Made by a program: the position numbers and the translations under genes
Shown: one piece after another, positions 40,501 to 52,785 of the stretch
Layout of the letters: each line of letters opens with the position of its first letter
Position numbering within the stretch: the stretch's first letter is position 1
The notes under the pieces: model-generated
Told to the model about the DNA's origin: nothing
Databases searched by the model: none
The model's input: the letters and a program-made list of their open reading frames with translations, nothing else
Source: Takakia lepidozioides
Taxonomy: Eukaryota; Plantae; Bryophyta
Direction of reading: 5' to 3'
DNA: 64,000 bases
NCBI GenBank assembly: GCA_030704615.1
Contig: CM060732.1
Coordinates: 14,136,001 to 14,200,000, forward strand

Positions 40501-42731
40501 TCAGTGCATTGAAACCTCACCTTCTCTTTCGCCTCCACACATGCCGTTGAGAGGTGATGCAGTTTCTCCAATTGCATGGTCGGCTGCATGGCCCGAGAAT
40601 AGTGTTTTGCAATCTCGGGGATGAAGTCCTTTCCAAGTGCCGGATCTGCAATTGCCACCAGCTTCACAAGCTTTGACTTGTATTTGGTTCTGGACTTGAC
40701 ACCGGCTTCCTTCAAGTGCTCAGTCAATGACTGCAACGTTTTGACCTGCCCCTCACTTTCCATGAAGAAGCGTTTGGCATGGGCCAAATCCAGCTTGATG
40801 TTTGACTGCCAACAAAAACATGCAGAAGCGTTACATTCGATTCATGTGGAAACATTACTGGAAATTGGGGAAGGATGAGCAGAGGGAAATTGGAGCACGA
40901 CTTACTTCGTATATCACCTCCACCATTCCATCCATAGTGAGACGATACCATGTCCGGTCTGTTTTTGCAACGGCTTTCTGAATGAGCTCCGGCTCCAGCA
41001 TTTCCGCAAACATCTGCGGATCAGTAAGACCAGTTTTCCTCACCCTGTACAGCATATGTGCCATGTGGGTATGCACGTACGCATTCTCAGTGACCCTGCA
41101 AGGCACACTCTCCAGTTCAGTACACGGAAGCACGGAATCAAACCAGAATGGAAACCGAAATGCGGCACCGCATTTCGAATGTGCTAGGGAGGGTATGAGT
41201 ATCTTACGAGTTGAGGTCCGCCATGGCATTCTTGAGGAGGGAGGAGTCTGCCGCCTTCACCTTGAGGATGACACACTCCACCATGTAATGCCAGCCAATG
41301 TGCTTGGCATGGTTCTGCTTGATGTACTCCCACCAGGCGAGAAGTCGGTGATTCCCGTCCCACACAAAGAACATTTTTCCCGACATATGGCCGAAGTCGG
41401 GATCACCCTTCAGCGTCGCCTCGAATTCGTGGTTGCGAGTGTGCCAGTGGGTATCCCACGTTGACAATTCATCGGCAGTGGGTCCACGGGTTTCGCCGTC
41501 CTCATTCTCTATGGAAACGTAAAACGCTGCCGATCCCAGACGGTACCCTTCTCGAAATGCGAACTTGAGCTTATCCACATCTCCGGGAAGGGCCTGCCTG
41601 ACGATGGGAAGGGAGACCATGCGACAGAGTGGGATTCGAAGAGTCCGCTGGAATACCCTGCTGCCCAGAACTCTGCCAATGCTACTGTGTGTCTCCTCCA
41701 ACATTTTATCCGCTGCACTTTTGAAATCCTCCGGAGACATGTCTGTAGGTGCCGGTAGTGGCTGAGCAGGTGGAGCATCCTCAACTGGAGCTGCACTCTG
41801 GGGCCTGTGTGCGGGCAATTCTGCCACTGCAGAGGCCTCCTCCGGGCCTGCTAGCTCATCGGTGGTGAGGTCTGCCTGCGAACGTTCAGCGGCAGCACCC
41901 TCCTCCGGTACCAAATCGAGATCAACGGTCGATCCCATTGCCTTCGCTGCAGCAGAGTCGGCCCCAACATCTGCAGGCGGGAAATCCTCCAGGAACTGAG
42001 CTTCAGCTCGTGGAAGCGGTTTTGCGGGAGATTGTTCGGCCGTCGCCCTGATTGCCTTCTGCTTCCTCATCCTTGCAGGTGAAGGTGTCTGCTGCAATAG
42101 AATCTGTCTTCTACCCTGCTGCTTCATTCGCGTTGGGGGGGGTGAATCGGCCTGAGCCGGTTCAGAAGCCAGTAGAGGGACGGGCTGCTTCTTCTTCGAC
42201 TTTGCTGGAGAAGGGCCCGACCCCTGCTGGCGATTCTCCATGATCGAAGAACGCGAGTCGATCTCTGAGACTTTGAACTTGCCCTTCGAAGACGCGTCTT
42301 TGAATCGCAGAGGGCTAGGCCCGGCAGGAGTACCCGCGCTCGGGGATCGGGTGGGTGTACGTGCTGCAGCTAGCTCCTCGGACTCTTCCTGCGGCTCTTC
42401 GGATTCCTGCGATCCCTCCAGCACGTCCACCTTTCCTGTTAGGCATGCAAACATGTTCTGCATTCAAGTCTCCTAGCATTCAGTCTAAGAATTACAGAAG
42501 CAAAATGGGGGGTTCGGTGCTCGATCAGCTGCGCGCAGCCCGATCGCATGGAGCTCTCACTGGTGGCTGGGTTGCCTGAGTGGCCTGCTGCTCGGAGATG
42601 GCAATCTCCTCCTGTAGACGCATCTGCTTCCTCCCCTTCGGCATTGGCCTACGTCCGAAGTATAATTTCCGGAGCTTGCGACGAGGTCTCCTGTCTGGTG
42701 CACGAACTCCCCCCCTCTCAGGTTCGAGCAT
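37520..42731 (-). CDS. multi-exon (about 10 exons) ParB/Srx-like domain + beta-class N6A/N4C DNA methyltransferase-like fusion
   Basis: RIPLCRM..R..L..AFREGY..FFVWDGNHRLLAW (~41350); CDMIILDIPDG (~39005, motif IV position); RSPAFIQTIMETCTDVEGTVLDLICGT|GASMWAGRFSDRHLFAYEED (motifs X/I/II) joined by GT-AG intron 38290-38391. GT/AG boundaries flank the long ORF blocks. Exact exon structure is only partly resolved. Confidence 0.78.
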
Positions 42732-43079
42732 AAGAAGAACAGAGAGAGGGAAAAGGGGCAAAGAGTGCAGATGGAAAGGGCGCGAGAGGGGTGACTGAGG
42801 AGACACGACAAAAGTAGATGAAACGGCGGTGATGCACCACTTGGGTTCGAAAGGTTGGACGAAAGTGTCTCCTCGTGGAGTTTGCGTCATTACGAAATTC
42901 GAATCGTTGAGGGTACGCCCGCCGTCCGAAAATCAAACATCATTATCCAACGGTCAGGCCGCGCCGCCTCATGCCCCTTCAGTCAGATAGAGTGCCGACA
43001 TGTGCAGCAATTCCGTTGCTCCACGTGTTCACATTTCAAGGCATTTCCGTCCCAGCGTCTGATGAGTTGGAGCGAGAAT

Positions 43080-44783
43080 GCGAATGCGGCGCCGCATTTC
43101 CGTTAAGTACCATCACGAAGCTACACATCCGTACTTGTTGGAAGAAAATGCGGCACCGCATTTCCGTTCCACCTTCACATACCTTAGTTGTTGAACGGAA
43201 ATACGGTGCCGCATTTTCGTCCCACAGCTCCATGTATGAGATTCAGAAGGGAAATGCGGCGCCGCATTTCCGTTCCCACTTCACATACGTTAGTTGATGA
43301 ATGGAAATGCCGTGCCACATTTCCGTTCGGGAAAGTATAGAGGTCTCACCTGGACAGAAATGCGGTGTCGCATTTCCGGTCTGGAAAGGTTGAAGGTCTC
43401 ACATGGATGGAAATGCGGCAACACATTTCCGTAGCACAGCTCCAGGCCGAATATACAAAATGGAAATGCGGCGCCGCATTTCCGTTCGAGAATGTCGGAA
43501 GGTGCGACTCGAACGGAAATGCGGTGCCGCATTTCTGTACCCGTTGCGCACGATTTTCAGTCAGAATGGAAATGCGGTACCGCATTTCCGTTCTGTAGAG
43601 TATTAACGTCTGACGCTGGCGGAAATGCCTTCCCGCATTTTCGTTCCACAGCTCCATGCCTCACATACAAAACGGAAATGCGGTGCCGCATTTCCGTTTT
43701 GGAATGTCGGATGGTGGGACTCCGACGGAAATGCGGTACCGCATTTCAATTCCGATGTTTCAGGATATTTCATCAGAACGGAAATGCGGTGCCGCATTTC
43801 CCTTTTAAATCTAATACATTCCATTCTAGAATGTTGGGAGGTGCGACTCGGATGGAAATGCGCTGCCGCATTTCAGTTCCGATGGTTCACGATTTTCAGT
43901 CAGAACGGAAATGCGGTGCCGCATTTCCGTTCTGGAATGATGGTAGGTGCGACTCGGATGGAAATACGTTGCCGCATTTCAGTTCCGATGGTTCACGATT
44001 TTCAGTCAGAACGGAAATGCGGTGCCGCATTTCCGTTCTGGAATGATGGTAGGTGCGACTCGGATGGAAATACGGTGCCGCATTTCAGTTCAGATAGTTC
44101 ACGATTTTCAGTCAGAACGGAAATGCGGTGCCGCATTTCCGTTCTGGATAGTGTGAATGTCTCAACCGGTCGGAATTGCGCTGTATGAAGCTGTCGGAAT
44201 CTTACTCGGCTCCAGGCATCAGATACAAAATGGAAATGCGGCGCCGCATTTCCTTTATGGAATGTCGAAAAGTGCGACTTTGACGGAAATGCGGTGCCGC
44301 ATTTCTGTTCCCGTTGTTCATAATTCTCAATCAGAACGGAAATGCGGTACCGCATTTCCGTTCCACCTTCACATACCGTGCTTGTTGAATGAAAATGCGG
44401 TACCGCATTTCCGTTCTCGAGAGTATGAATGTCTTTTAAGGACGGAAATGTGCTGCAGCATTTCTATCCCTCAGCTCCATGCATCAGATACAAAATGGAA
44501 ATGCGGCGCCGCATTCCCGTTCTGGAATGTCGAAAAGTGCGACTCGGACGGAAATGCGGTGCCGCATTTCTGTTCCCGTTGTTCATAAATCTCAATCAGA
44601 ACGGAAATGCGGTACCGCATTTCCGTTCCACCTTCACATACCGTGCTTGCTGGATGGAAATGCGTTACCGCATTTCCGTTCTGGAGAGTATAAAGGTTTC
44701 CCCCGGACGGAAACTCGGTGCCGCATTTCCGTCGCTCTGTTGCATGACCAAGATGCAATACGGAAATGCGGCGCCGTATTTCC
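43080..44783. repeat. 53-bp periodic array (~32 copies) of the 22-bp palindrome GGAAATGCGGCGCCGCATTTCC with 31-bp variable spacers
   Basis: Exact 53-bp steps over 43144-43780, 43854-44172 and 44232-44762. Confidence 0.95.
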
Positions 44784-45212
44784 GTCCACCAGCAATCGAC
44801 AGAATCACTCGTGACGGGAAATCTGGAACCTCAATGGGTTGCATTGTTCCGAAACAACACAATTGCGGCCAGTCTTGATGAGCACAACTTGGTTGTCTGA
44901 CCGTTTTAACCAGCAGTCCTGGCACTTGTCAGTGCGAACGTTCCTGTCTGCACCGAGAATACTGCTGGATCCACCCTCAGGAGAAACTGTCAGGAGATGT
45001 TATTTCGTCGCCGAATCGGCCATCATTGTCCTACTCACTGGCTATGGAATCAAACCTCCCACCTTCATGCATGTAGCTTGAAACAATACTTTCCACTTCA
45101 ATGTGCGACTTCCAATTGTCGATGGACTCCGCAGATCCACTTAGATGGTGCCTGTGAGCCTTGGTCTGTCGCTATACTGAACCTCGCACTTGCCAACTCC
45201 GTGCGGTGTTCG

Positions 45213-47808
45213 ATGGCTCCGAATTCCTACGCTATAGTTTGCTGTCCTCCGCAACTTGGGAGAGCCTGGATCCCAAACGAGGGAGGACTTTGCAGAGTGA
45301 CTGAAACTTACCTTTGTTCCAAATTCAAGCTCAAACCGGGCACAGTTTATTTGGAAGAAGAAAGGAAGGATGTTCCTGGACAGGTTGACGAGACCATTGT
45401 CGTGCTAGGTAACGACGGAGGTTGCGGAATCGAATGGCACGTTCCCCCGTCAGACACCATCCTGTACCGAGCTGTGGGAATGCCCATTCCCTTTCCGAAT
45501 CAGTTGCTGCCCACACCATCCACAAAGGAGTCCGGAAACCGAGAGGCGGCCACTGCCAACAGAGAGGTATGCAACGATAATCATTCCCGACCTGGACCGT
45601 CAAGACCCTCCATAGCTTCTCGTGTGGACGTATTCGACATTTCCGACGAGGAAGATGATTGCATTGAGGTACCCATGTCCTCCACACGGTCGTTCAAATC
45701 CGGCATGGACGTCTCTGTAGGTGCTACGCATGTGCCCTCTCGCATAACTCCAACCCGGTCCATTGTGCAGCTCCTACGACAACATCACCTCGATGGTTCT
45801 CGCTCCGAGCTGGCTGCTCTCGACTATGCCAAATTCCCAGTCAAAAAGGTAACTTTTCTGCCTCCCGAAGTCGATGGCAATGTCATCTTCGAGTTTCCAC
45901 CTGTTTCTTCGTCAAAGAAAGCCTCCGGGATGTTAACAGACATGGATCGAAAGCATGACGGACACCCCTGGTGTGTGACGAAGACCAGTAGCACGAAAAT
46001 TGCTGATGGTGTTCGTGTACGATATGTCCTCTGTGCGGGGAAGCTGAGGTGCCTCAATCCCACCTGCTTCCACTTTCTCTCCAAAGGAGGGCGGAGAAAC
46101 GAGACGGATTGGACTGGCACAACGCATCATCCATTCATTGTCTCCAGCCAAGCTCCTGCGGGTTCTTTCAAGTGTGCACATTGCAAAGAACCACCGACGT
46201 GCATGTCCATGTGCAGAGCCAAGCAATATTACGTAATCCATTTGCTCCCGGACTTGACTAGAGCTTGCATACACGTTGGGGTCCACTGCCACCCCTTGGC
46301 GAGAGGCAACATGCGTGAGGCTGTGCAGGAAGCACAGGACATCATAAAAGAGGAGGTGAAATTGAGCCCCGGAGCCAGACCAAAGCAGATTCAGCTGAAG
46401 GCAGCCCACAAGATTGCTCTTGGCAAAATCATGTCTGAAGATGGTTCCGACCGAGAGCCCTTGACCGAAGACGAGATGCGTGACCTCTTGGAGTCCGTCT
46501 CGCACGTTTGTAGTCCGAATGTGCGGAATCACATCGTATCTTGCAAGCAGGAGTTCGGCAGGGGGTCGGACATGTACTCAATCCTGGAGGTGAAACGAAT
46601 GACTGGATATGACTACATCCAAGGTAGCAGGTTTCCAGGGCAAGGCAGCGAATCCGATCGTTGTTACATTTTCAAAATGTCGACGTGTGGGCCTGGGAGT
46701 GGAGTCGACTTGGTCACTCGCATGACAACTGGAAACTTGTCGAATGCTTGGGTGATGTTTGATCACATCAAGCGAATTACAAACCATCAGTGGGTGACTA
46801 TGGGTGCGCATGTTTATGACTATCACTCCAAGAGGCTCATGACGATTGCAATCTGCGAGATGAAAGGGGAGGACACACAGTCCGAGATGCATCTGTGGGA
46901 GGGCATAAACCAGCAGATGGCAAGGGCGGGATTGCCAGAGCCCAATTTCAGGGGATTCATGGCAGACAACGCTCAGGCCAACTGGGCAGCGGTGCGGCGT
47001 GTGTACGGTGAGGACCCCAATGTTCCAATGGAGGGGAAAGAGAGATCCTGTGGATTCCATTGGATGCAGAGTCTATCCCACTACACTACCAAATTTGTTG
47101 CTAGCTCATTCCAGGCTGAACACCGTGTCCTTTGTACGGCGTGGAAGGATGCACCCACATTTGATGACGCGGAGGTTAAGTTTGCTATCATCGAGGCTTG
47201 GTGGAACACGTCAGGTGCAGTGGAGACAACCAATCTGGGAGCATTGCACAGCTGGTTGGGGTGGTGGCATTTTCGGTATCGACAGTTCGGACAGTACATG
47301 CGGGAGGTAGGCTGCTGTCATTTTCGTTCATTTGTCTTTCTGTTACGGACATTTCGATTGGTCCCTCACCGTTGTTTGTGTCCTTCTAGGAGCGGTGCTT
47401 GGATTCCGACACGGACATGCCGAACACGAATATGGCAGAATTGGTCCACTCCTCCTGGCGAGCGTCTTCTGCCGCACATCTGGTGGACGTAGTGACGGCC
47501 ACAACGGAGGACATCGACAGAGCAATCATGCAGCAAGCCACGTACTACAAGTTCCTGAGCGGCAAACAATGGGGCTTTGGGCCGGACAGGGAGGAATTGT
47601 TGGTACGAACAGATTACCCACCTGCAATTGCACCGACTTCCAGATCATGGCGAACAAGGGGGCATCATACTGCCCTTGCAAGCATTTGTACTACGTGTAC
47701 CTAAAGAGACTCCGTTGTAATTCCACAACTCATCACTTCATACATGCACCAGGGTTGAGCCCCCAGGAGGTTCACACTCTTCTGAATATGGATCCAGGGG
47801 ACCAGTGA
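45213..47808 (+). CDS. MULE/Mutator transposase (GCM/WRKY-like DBD, DDE, SWIM); SWIM is out of frame after ~47610
   Basis: CAGKLRCLNPTC..CAHC..GVHCHP; WVMFDH (D), GFMADN (D), CGFHW (CxxH); phase-0 intron 47307-47389; PNTNMAE (E); CNCTDF..CPCKHLYYV (SWIM). Confidence 0.88.
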
Positions 47809-48668
47809 GCTTGGCTTGCGGTCCACATACAATGGTACGCCCATCCTTTTCGGATAGTAGAACTGTACTGCTGCCAGTACCTCAGACTCTGGCCACAGAA
47901 AGGTCCGACATATGTCTTGCCTACCAGTAACCTGTTTTGATCGAACTAAGATATTACTATATCGTTCACTTGTTTCCACGTGCATGTATTTTTGTATGTT
48001 GGAGGGTTCATGTTTTTCTGCTTTCCGAAAACTTGCTGTCCTCATTCGACCTCCGACAAGGAAATGCGGCGCCGAATTTCCAAGTATCGTCGTAGGTACC
48101 CCCAGAGGCGGCCTTCGCCAACACCAAACCGCTCCGAAATTTCGCACGTGCGAACCCTAATGCGGCACCCTATTTCCCAGTTCAGTTGCAAACCTTTCCC
48201 GCCGAATACCCGAAGAAGACAGAATTGTGAAGTACTGCAGACTGTATTGGTGCAGACTCCATTGGGTCAATCACGGCAAAAGGGTCAGCTTCATTCCAAT
48301 GTTAAGGCATGTAAAACCGCGGAATACTCTATACAGGCCAGTATGCGTCGTCCTTTTGCAGTGGTATACTGGATTTCCCGTTGCACGGTCACTTATTTCC
48401 ATGAGCGGATCTAAAAAACCATGAGCGGACTTGTTACTGACGACATATCTTCGCCGCATTACATGATCTGGAACGTCCAAAAACGGCAAGGTCAAATAAA
48501 AAACTATTATTTTAATACTTGTTTAATCTGCCGCATTTCCAAATTTGGAGGAGTCCGCTCATGAAATCCGCGTATCTTAGACTTCGGCTCACCGCTCATG
48601 CGGCTCATGCGGCTCATGGCTCATGGCTCATGGTTTCTGCTCATGAAATAGTAAACCTCTTCCAGATC

Positions 48669-50881
48669 ACTCATTCATACTACTCCAACCCACTAACTTG
48701 CCCTATGGAACTCGACACATTTGCTAGCCCACATCACATAGATTGCATTTTTGGGGCCACTGATAATGCTACTCAGTATACCTGGGAGGGCCGCGGTCTC
48801 GCTCACCCTCCATCTGGACCCCTCGCCCATGAAGCTCTTCAATGGGCCAAATCTGTTGTGCATTCATCTTCTTATGCTTCAACTATCATCATCCTCACAC
48901 AACAAAACACACCTACCACCTCCCCCCCACTTCTACGCCTCCCTGCTGGGGTCAAGCTATTAGCCACAATTGACCGAAGCCAGCTTAAATATACCCATAC
49001 CCCTCCTTTTCCCAAATACCTCAGGCAAAATGAACCCACCCTAACCCTCATCCTGCATGTCCAAAACCCCCACCACGCTGCCATACCCACACCTTTCTAT
49101 CACAAACTAGAACATCTACTAACTATTACTCATAAAATAAAGGCCATCATCCACCACCCACCTACCCCCCATTGTACAAATATACCTACCCCCTCCCCCA
49201 AATTAAAACAAATAAAGTGGATTGAGGCATTGCAGCGCCCTCCATAGGCCACACCAACAAACCCCCTCCCCCCATTCCCTCATTATACCGGCAATCCTAC
49301 CCCCTCAAATACCCTCCCGCAAACTCTCCTTACACTGATGGATCCCTTACTCAAACTAATGCAGGCTACGGTATCTATCACGCAGGTACGGGGAGAGGGG
49401 TGGCCCTTAGACTTCCTGGCCCTGCAACTATTCTCAGGGCCGAGCTTATGGCCATATATGACGCTCTCCTCCTACTCGATACCTCCCCCCCCCAATACTT
49501 CATCTTCACTGACAGCCTTACCTCCTTATTCCTCATCCGCAACCAAATTGCCCGCCCCTCTTCCCACCACCATCATCATGACCGTAACCTCATCTCAGTC
49601 ATTGTCAACGCTGCCGTTTCTATAAAGCACCCAGTACACCTACTCAGTACGCTCGCACACTGACATTCAAGGGAATTGGAGGCCGACCTCCTCACTTAGC
49701 TCGGTGCCACCAAACTCAAAGTTAACCCCACGAACGACCCTATCCACATCGCCCACTCCTATCCCTTCTGGTTTATACACCCAGTTCCGAACCCTACTGC
49801 ACCACGACCCACACGCCATCTCTTGGCCACCCTCACCCGTGAAGCAAACGATCAGGCCGCAACCTCTATCAGTCATACCAAAGTACATATTCGAAAATGG
49901 ACCCAATCCGAGGTATTACACCACAAACTCTCGAACCACTTCTGGCAAACCAAAGCTACCACTCATGCACAAATCCGCCAGACACTCAAATTCAGATACG
50001 CCCAATACATGGGTCACCAACGCAAACACATTTTCTGGCCACATCTCTTTCAATCACCTTACTGCCCACTGTGCTCCACAACCCACAATGCACGTGATAC
50101 CTGGCCGCACCTCCTGAGCCAATGCACGCATCCGGTCATCCATGGTCTTCATTTCACCCGACACAACCAAGCAGTCTGGCATCTCCACAAACTATTCACA
50201 AAACGCGCCGAAACCCGATGGTTCACACTCATTAACGCCGGTACCTTCCAAGGGAGACCACAAGACCACAATGTGCCGCCATGGCTTTTATAACCATGTA
50301 CTTGCACCCGAGTACCCTGCTCATGCCCCGCCCGGCTATGCCTGGACATACTCATTATCCAGGGACTACCCGTTAAAGCCACGCCATCCCCATAGCTCAT
50401 CATCCACTTTATCGAGTTTACATTATGCCATGATCGATACCCCAACGATTCAATCCTGGAAAAGCGACAAAAATACACCCCACTCATTCTTGCAATTCGT
50501 TGGCAGGGATGGAGGACTAGCCCACTCACAGTCATCACTGCCGGAACCCGATGCTGCATACACAACGCCAATATCAATGATTTACATGATAACTTCAAAA
50601 TACCCATTCTCCCAATCCATCAATATTTCAAAGCAATCCATCTTACAGCACTCCGTTCCCTTACAGCCATCATCACCAACAAACGCCAACTTGAAGCTAG
50701 CCCTTCTAGTGCACCCTGGGTCCCCCTGGGAACTCAGGGGGTTCATAGCAACCCTCCCCTCTCTCTCTCCTTGGTTACCTGGTGTCCCATATGAAACCTT
50801 TCTTATTATAGGGCCCACCCCCGAAATGGGGCAGTAGCCATAAGGCGAAGTGGCTCTTAGATACGCCGGCTACGGCCGGAG

Positions 50882-50916
<35 letters not shown>
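48669..50916 (+). mobile_element. 3' part of the RLE-type LINE: PCIF1-like domain, RNase H, CCHC, restriction-like endonuclease, (TC)n tail
   Basis: YSNPLTC..D.IFGA..WEGRGLAHPP; YTDGS..ILRAELMAI..IFTDSLTS (RNase H); CPLC..PHLLSQC; HNQAV; LDILIIQG..IEFTLCHD (RLE); (TC)n at ~50884-50916. Confidence 0.75.
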
Positions 50917-50919
<3 letters not shown>

Positions 50920-52650
50920 ATTCCAAGGTAAGTCTTGCTGCCACTTTGGAGGGTGATGGCCTCCAAATGGCGGAAGAGAGTACTGTACATTGTGAAGAAT
51001 TTGAATTGTAGCCCACAAGTCTTGACCTTGCTGGTTAAATCTGATTTAGTGGCTATAGTGTCCAAAGCCACATTATCTGATGAAATTGAAGATAGGTAGC
51101 AAAGTTCCTTAAAACTCTCAAGGCTGAGGCGTAATTCCAAGCCTTTTTGGGGACAAGTTATTGGGCTAACCACACACAACAGAGTGTTGTTTGTGTGAAG
51201 GGATTAGTGGAGGATATCTAGAAAACCTGGGTCATTTGTGTATCTCTAGGTAAGTCTTGCTAACAGTTTGTAGGGTTTTTTCCAAAGCAGCGTCTTTCAG
51301 GATTTTTCCATAGTAGTGTGTGTAGGGGTTTTTCCATAGCAGTGTTTGTAGGGTTTGTTTAGGTTTTCCATGACTGTACCAGGTTGCAGGGTCCTTTGTT
51401 CGTGTTTGTAGGGTTTTTATTTTTGTATCAGTTTGTAGGTTTATTTCCAAGGTCATGGTTTTAGGGTTTCTGTTTGTTTTTTGGTAGGTTTTTTTTTTCC
51501 TCGTGTCATGGCCTCCTTGTGGGGTGAAGTCACAGACCCTCGTTGTTCTTGCGAGGGCCCCTCGCTGACAGTCGTCTCAATGTTTGTGTTACCACTTCAG
51601 ATGCTACTTATGTCCAACATCAAATATCCTAAGTCAATGGACTCATATCTTGGAAGGAGGATCACCCTGTCAAACAGGCTAAGTCCTGGCAGAAGAGAGT
51701 AGAGTAGATTGTCAAGGATCTGAATTTTTGTGTACAATTATTGACCCTGCTGGATAAATCCAACTTAGAGGTTGTAGTGTCCAAAGCCATGTCTGTTGCG
51801 AGGAAATTGTATGATGAAAGTGAAGTCAGGCAGCAAGCTTCCTTGAACTTGTTTCCAGTCTGTGACATGGGGGAGGACACCATGGATGAGCTCAAGGGTG
51901 TACACACTCCTGGTAGTAGACTGAAATTTAAACTCATGGCGGGAAGGGTATGTGGGCGCAACCTGAAGACTCGCTTCAGTTTCCGTATCATTGTCCGGGG
52001 TTCTCTCACCAGAGAGACATTCCCCTCAAAACTGTAAGGGAATTGTGCAAGCTTGCACCTCGACAACCAGCATGTAACCCAGTGGTAATGGACACATACC
52101 ACATTGGATGTGGTTGTGGGTTCAAACCACAGTCTGGTGTGTCATGAAGGTGTCCACCTTTCAGCTGGAAGGCGGTAGCCCTTGTGGTGAAGAGACACCA
52201 TAAGTTACGCTCCCTTCGGGAGGCGTCACATTTATTTTTATTTTTTTTGCTTGCACCTCTATTTACCAACTTTCAAAGTCTTGAGGGTCTTGCAGAAGCC
52301 CGGGCCCTATTGGGGGTCAGATATTGGGCTAATCGCAGACAGAGCATAGTGATGCTTGTGTTCATGGATTTGTAGATGATATCTGGAAAGTCCGGGTTAG
52401 TTGTTTATTCCAAGGTAAGTCAAACTACCAGTTGGTAGGCTGATGTCCAAAGCAGTGTCAGTACGGGTTTTTTCATGTGGGTTTTCCATCTCAGCCAAAA
52501 GTTGCAGGGTTTTTCACCACACTCGTGTTTGTAGGGTTTTTCATTTCTGTATCAGTTTGTAGGGTTTTTTTTCCATGCTTGTGTTTGTAGGGTTTCAGTT
52601 TGTTAATTTCTTGGTAGGTTTATAAGATCATACTCGTATCTACAATACAA
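50917..52650. repeat. LTR-like/Gypsy-associated non-coding relics
   Basis: 52140-52228 is an inverted homologue of 29397-29480 (GACGCCTCCCGA..TTATGGTGTCTCTTCACC); TTATTCCAAGGTAAGTC recurs at ~50918 and ~52405. Confidence 0.4.
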
Positions 52651-52785
52651 GAAATGACTAAAAGTGTCTTAGACACATGCTCCGCTCCCCTCGACCTCCC
52701 CCAGACCGTCCGATCAAAACAAAACGGGGGCTACCTCACCCGGGCTCAAAAACGCGAATGGACCTCCCACCTCAACATCTACTAT

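Larger units (their letters stand above)
34897..48659 (+). mobile_element. MULE-2: complete 13,763-bp Mutator-like element
   Basis: 9-bp TSD TTCCAGATC at 34888-34896 and 48660-48668. Short imperfect TIRs GGGGGCTGCTATTTCATGAGC / GAGGTTTACTATTTCATGAGC (17/21). MULE transposase present. Excision restores the host reading frame. Confidence 0.93.

Noticed and set aside
37520-42731. Bacterial or phage contamination as the source of the ParB-MTase
   Set aside because: GT-AG introns (one shared between two families) and location inside a TSD-bounded MULE.
43080-44783. CRISPR array
   Set aside because: Spacers recur as a higher-order repeat, the repeats are degenerate, there are no cas genes, and the context is an intron-containing eukaryotic transposon.
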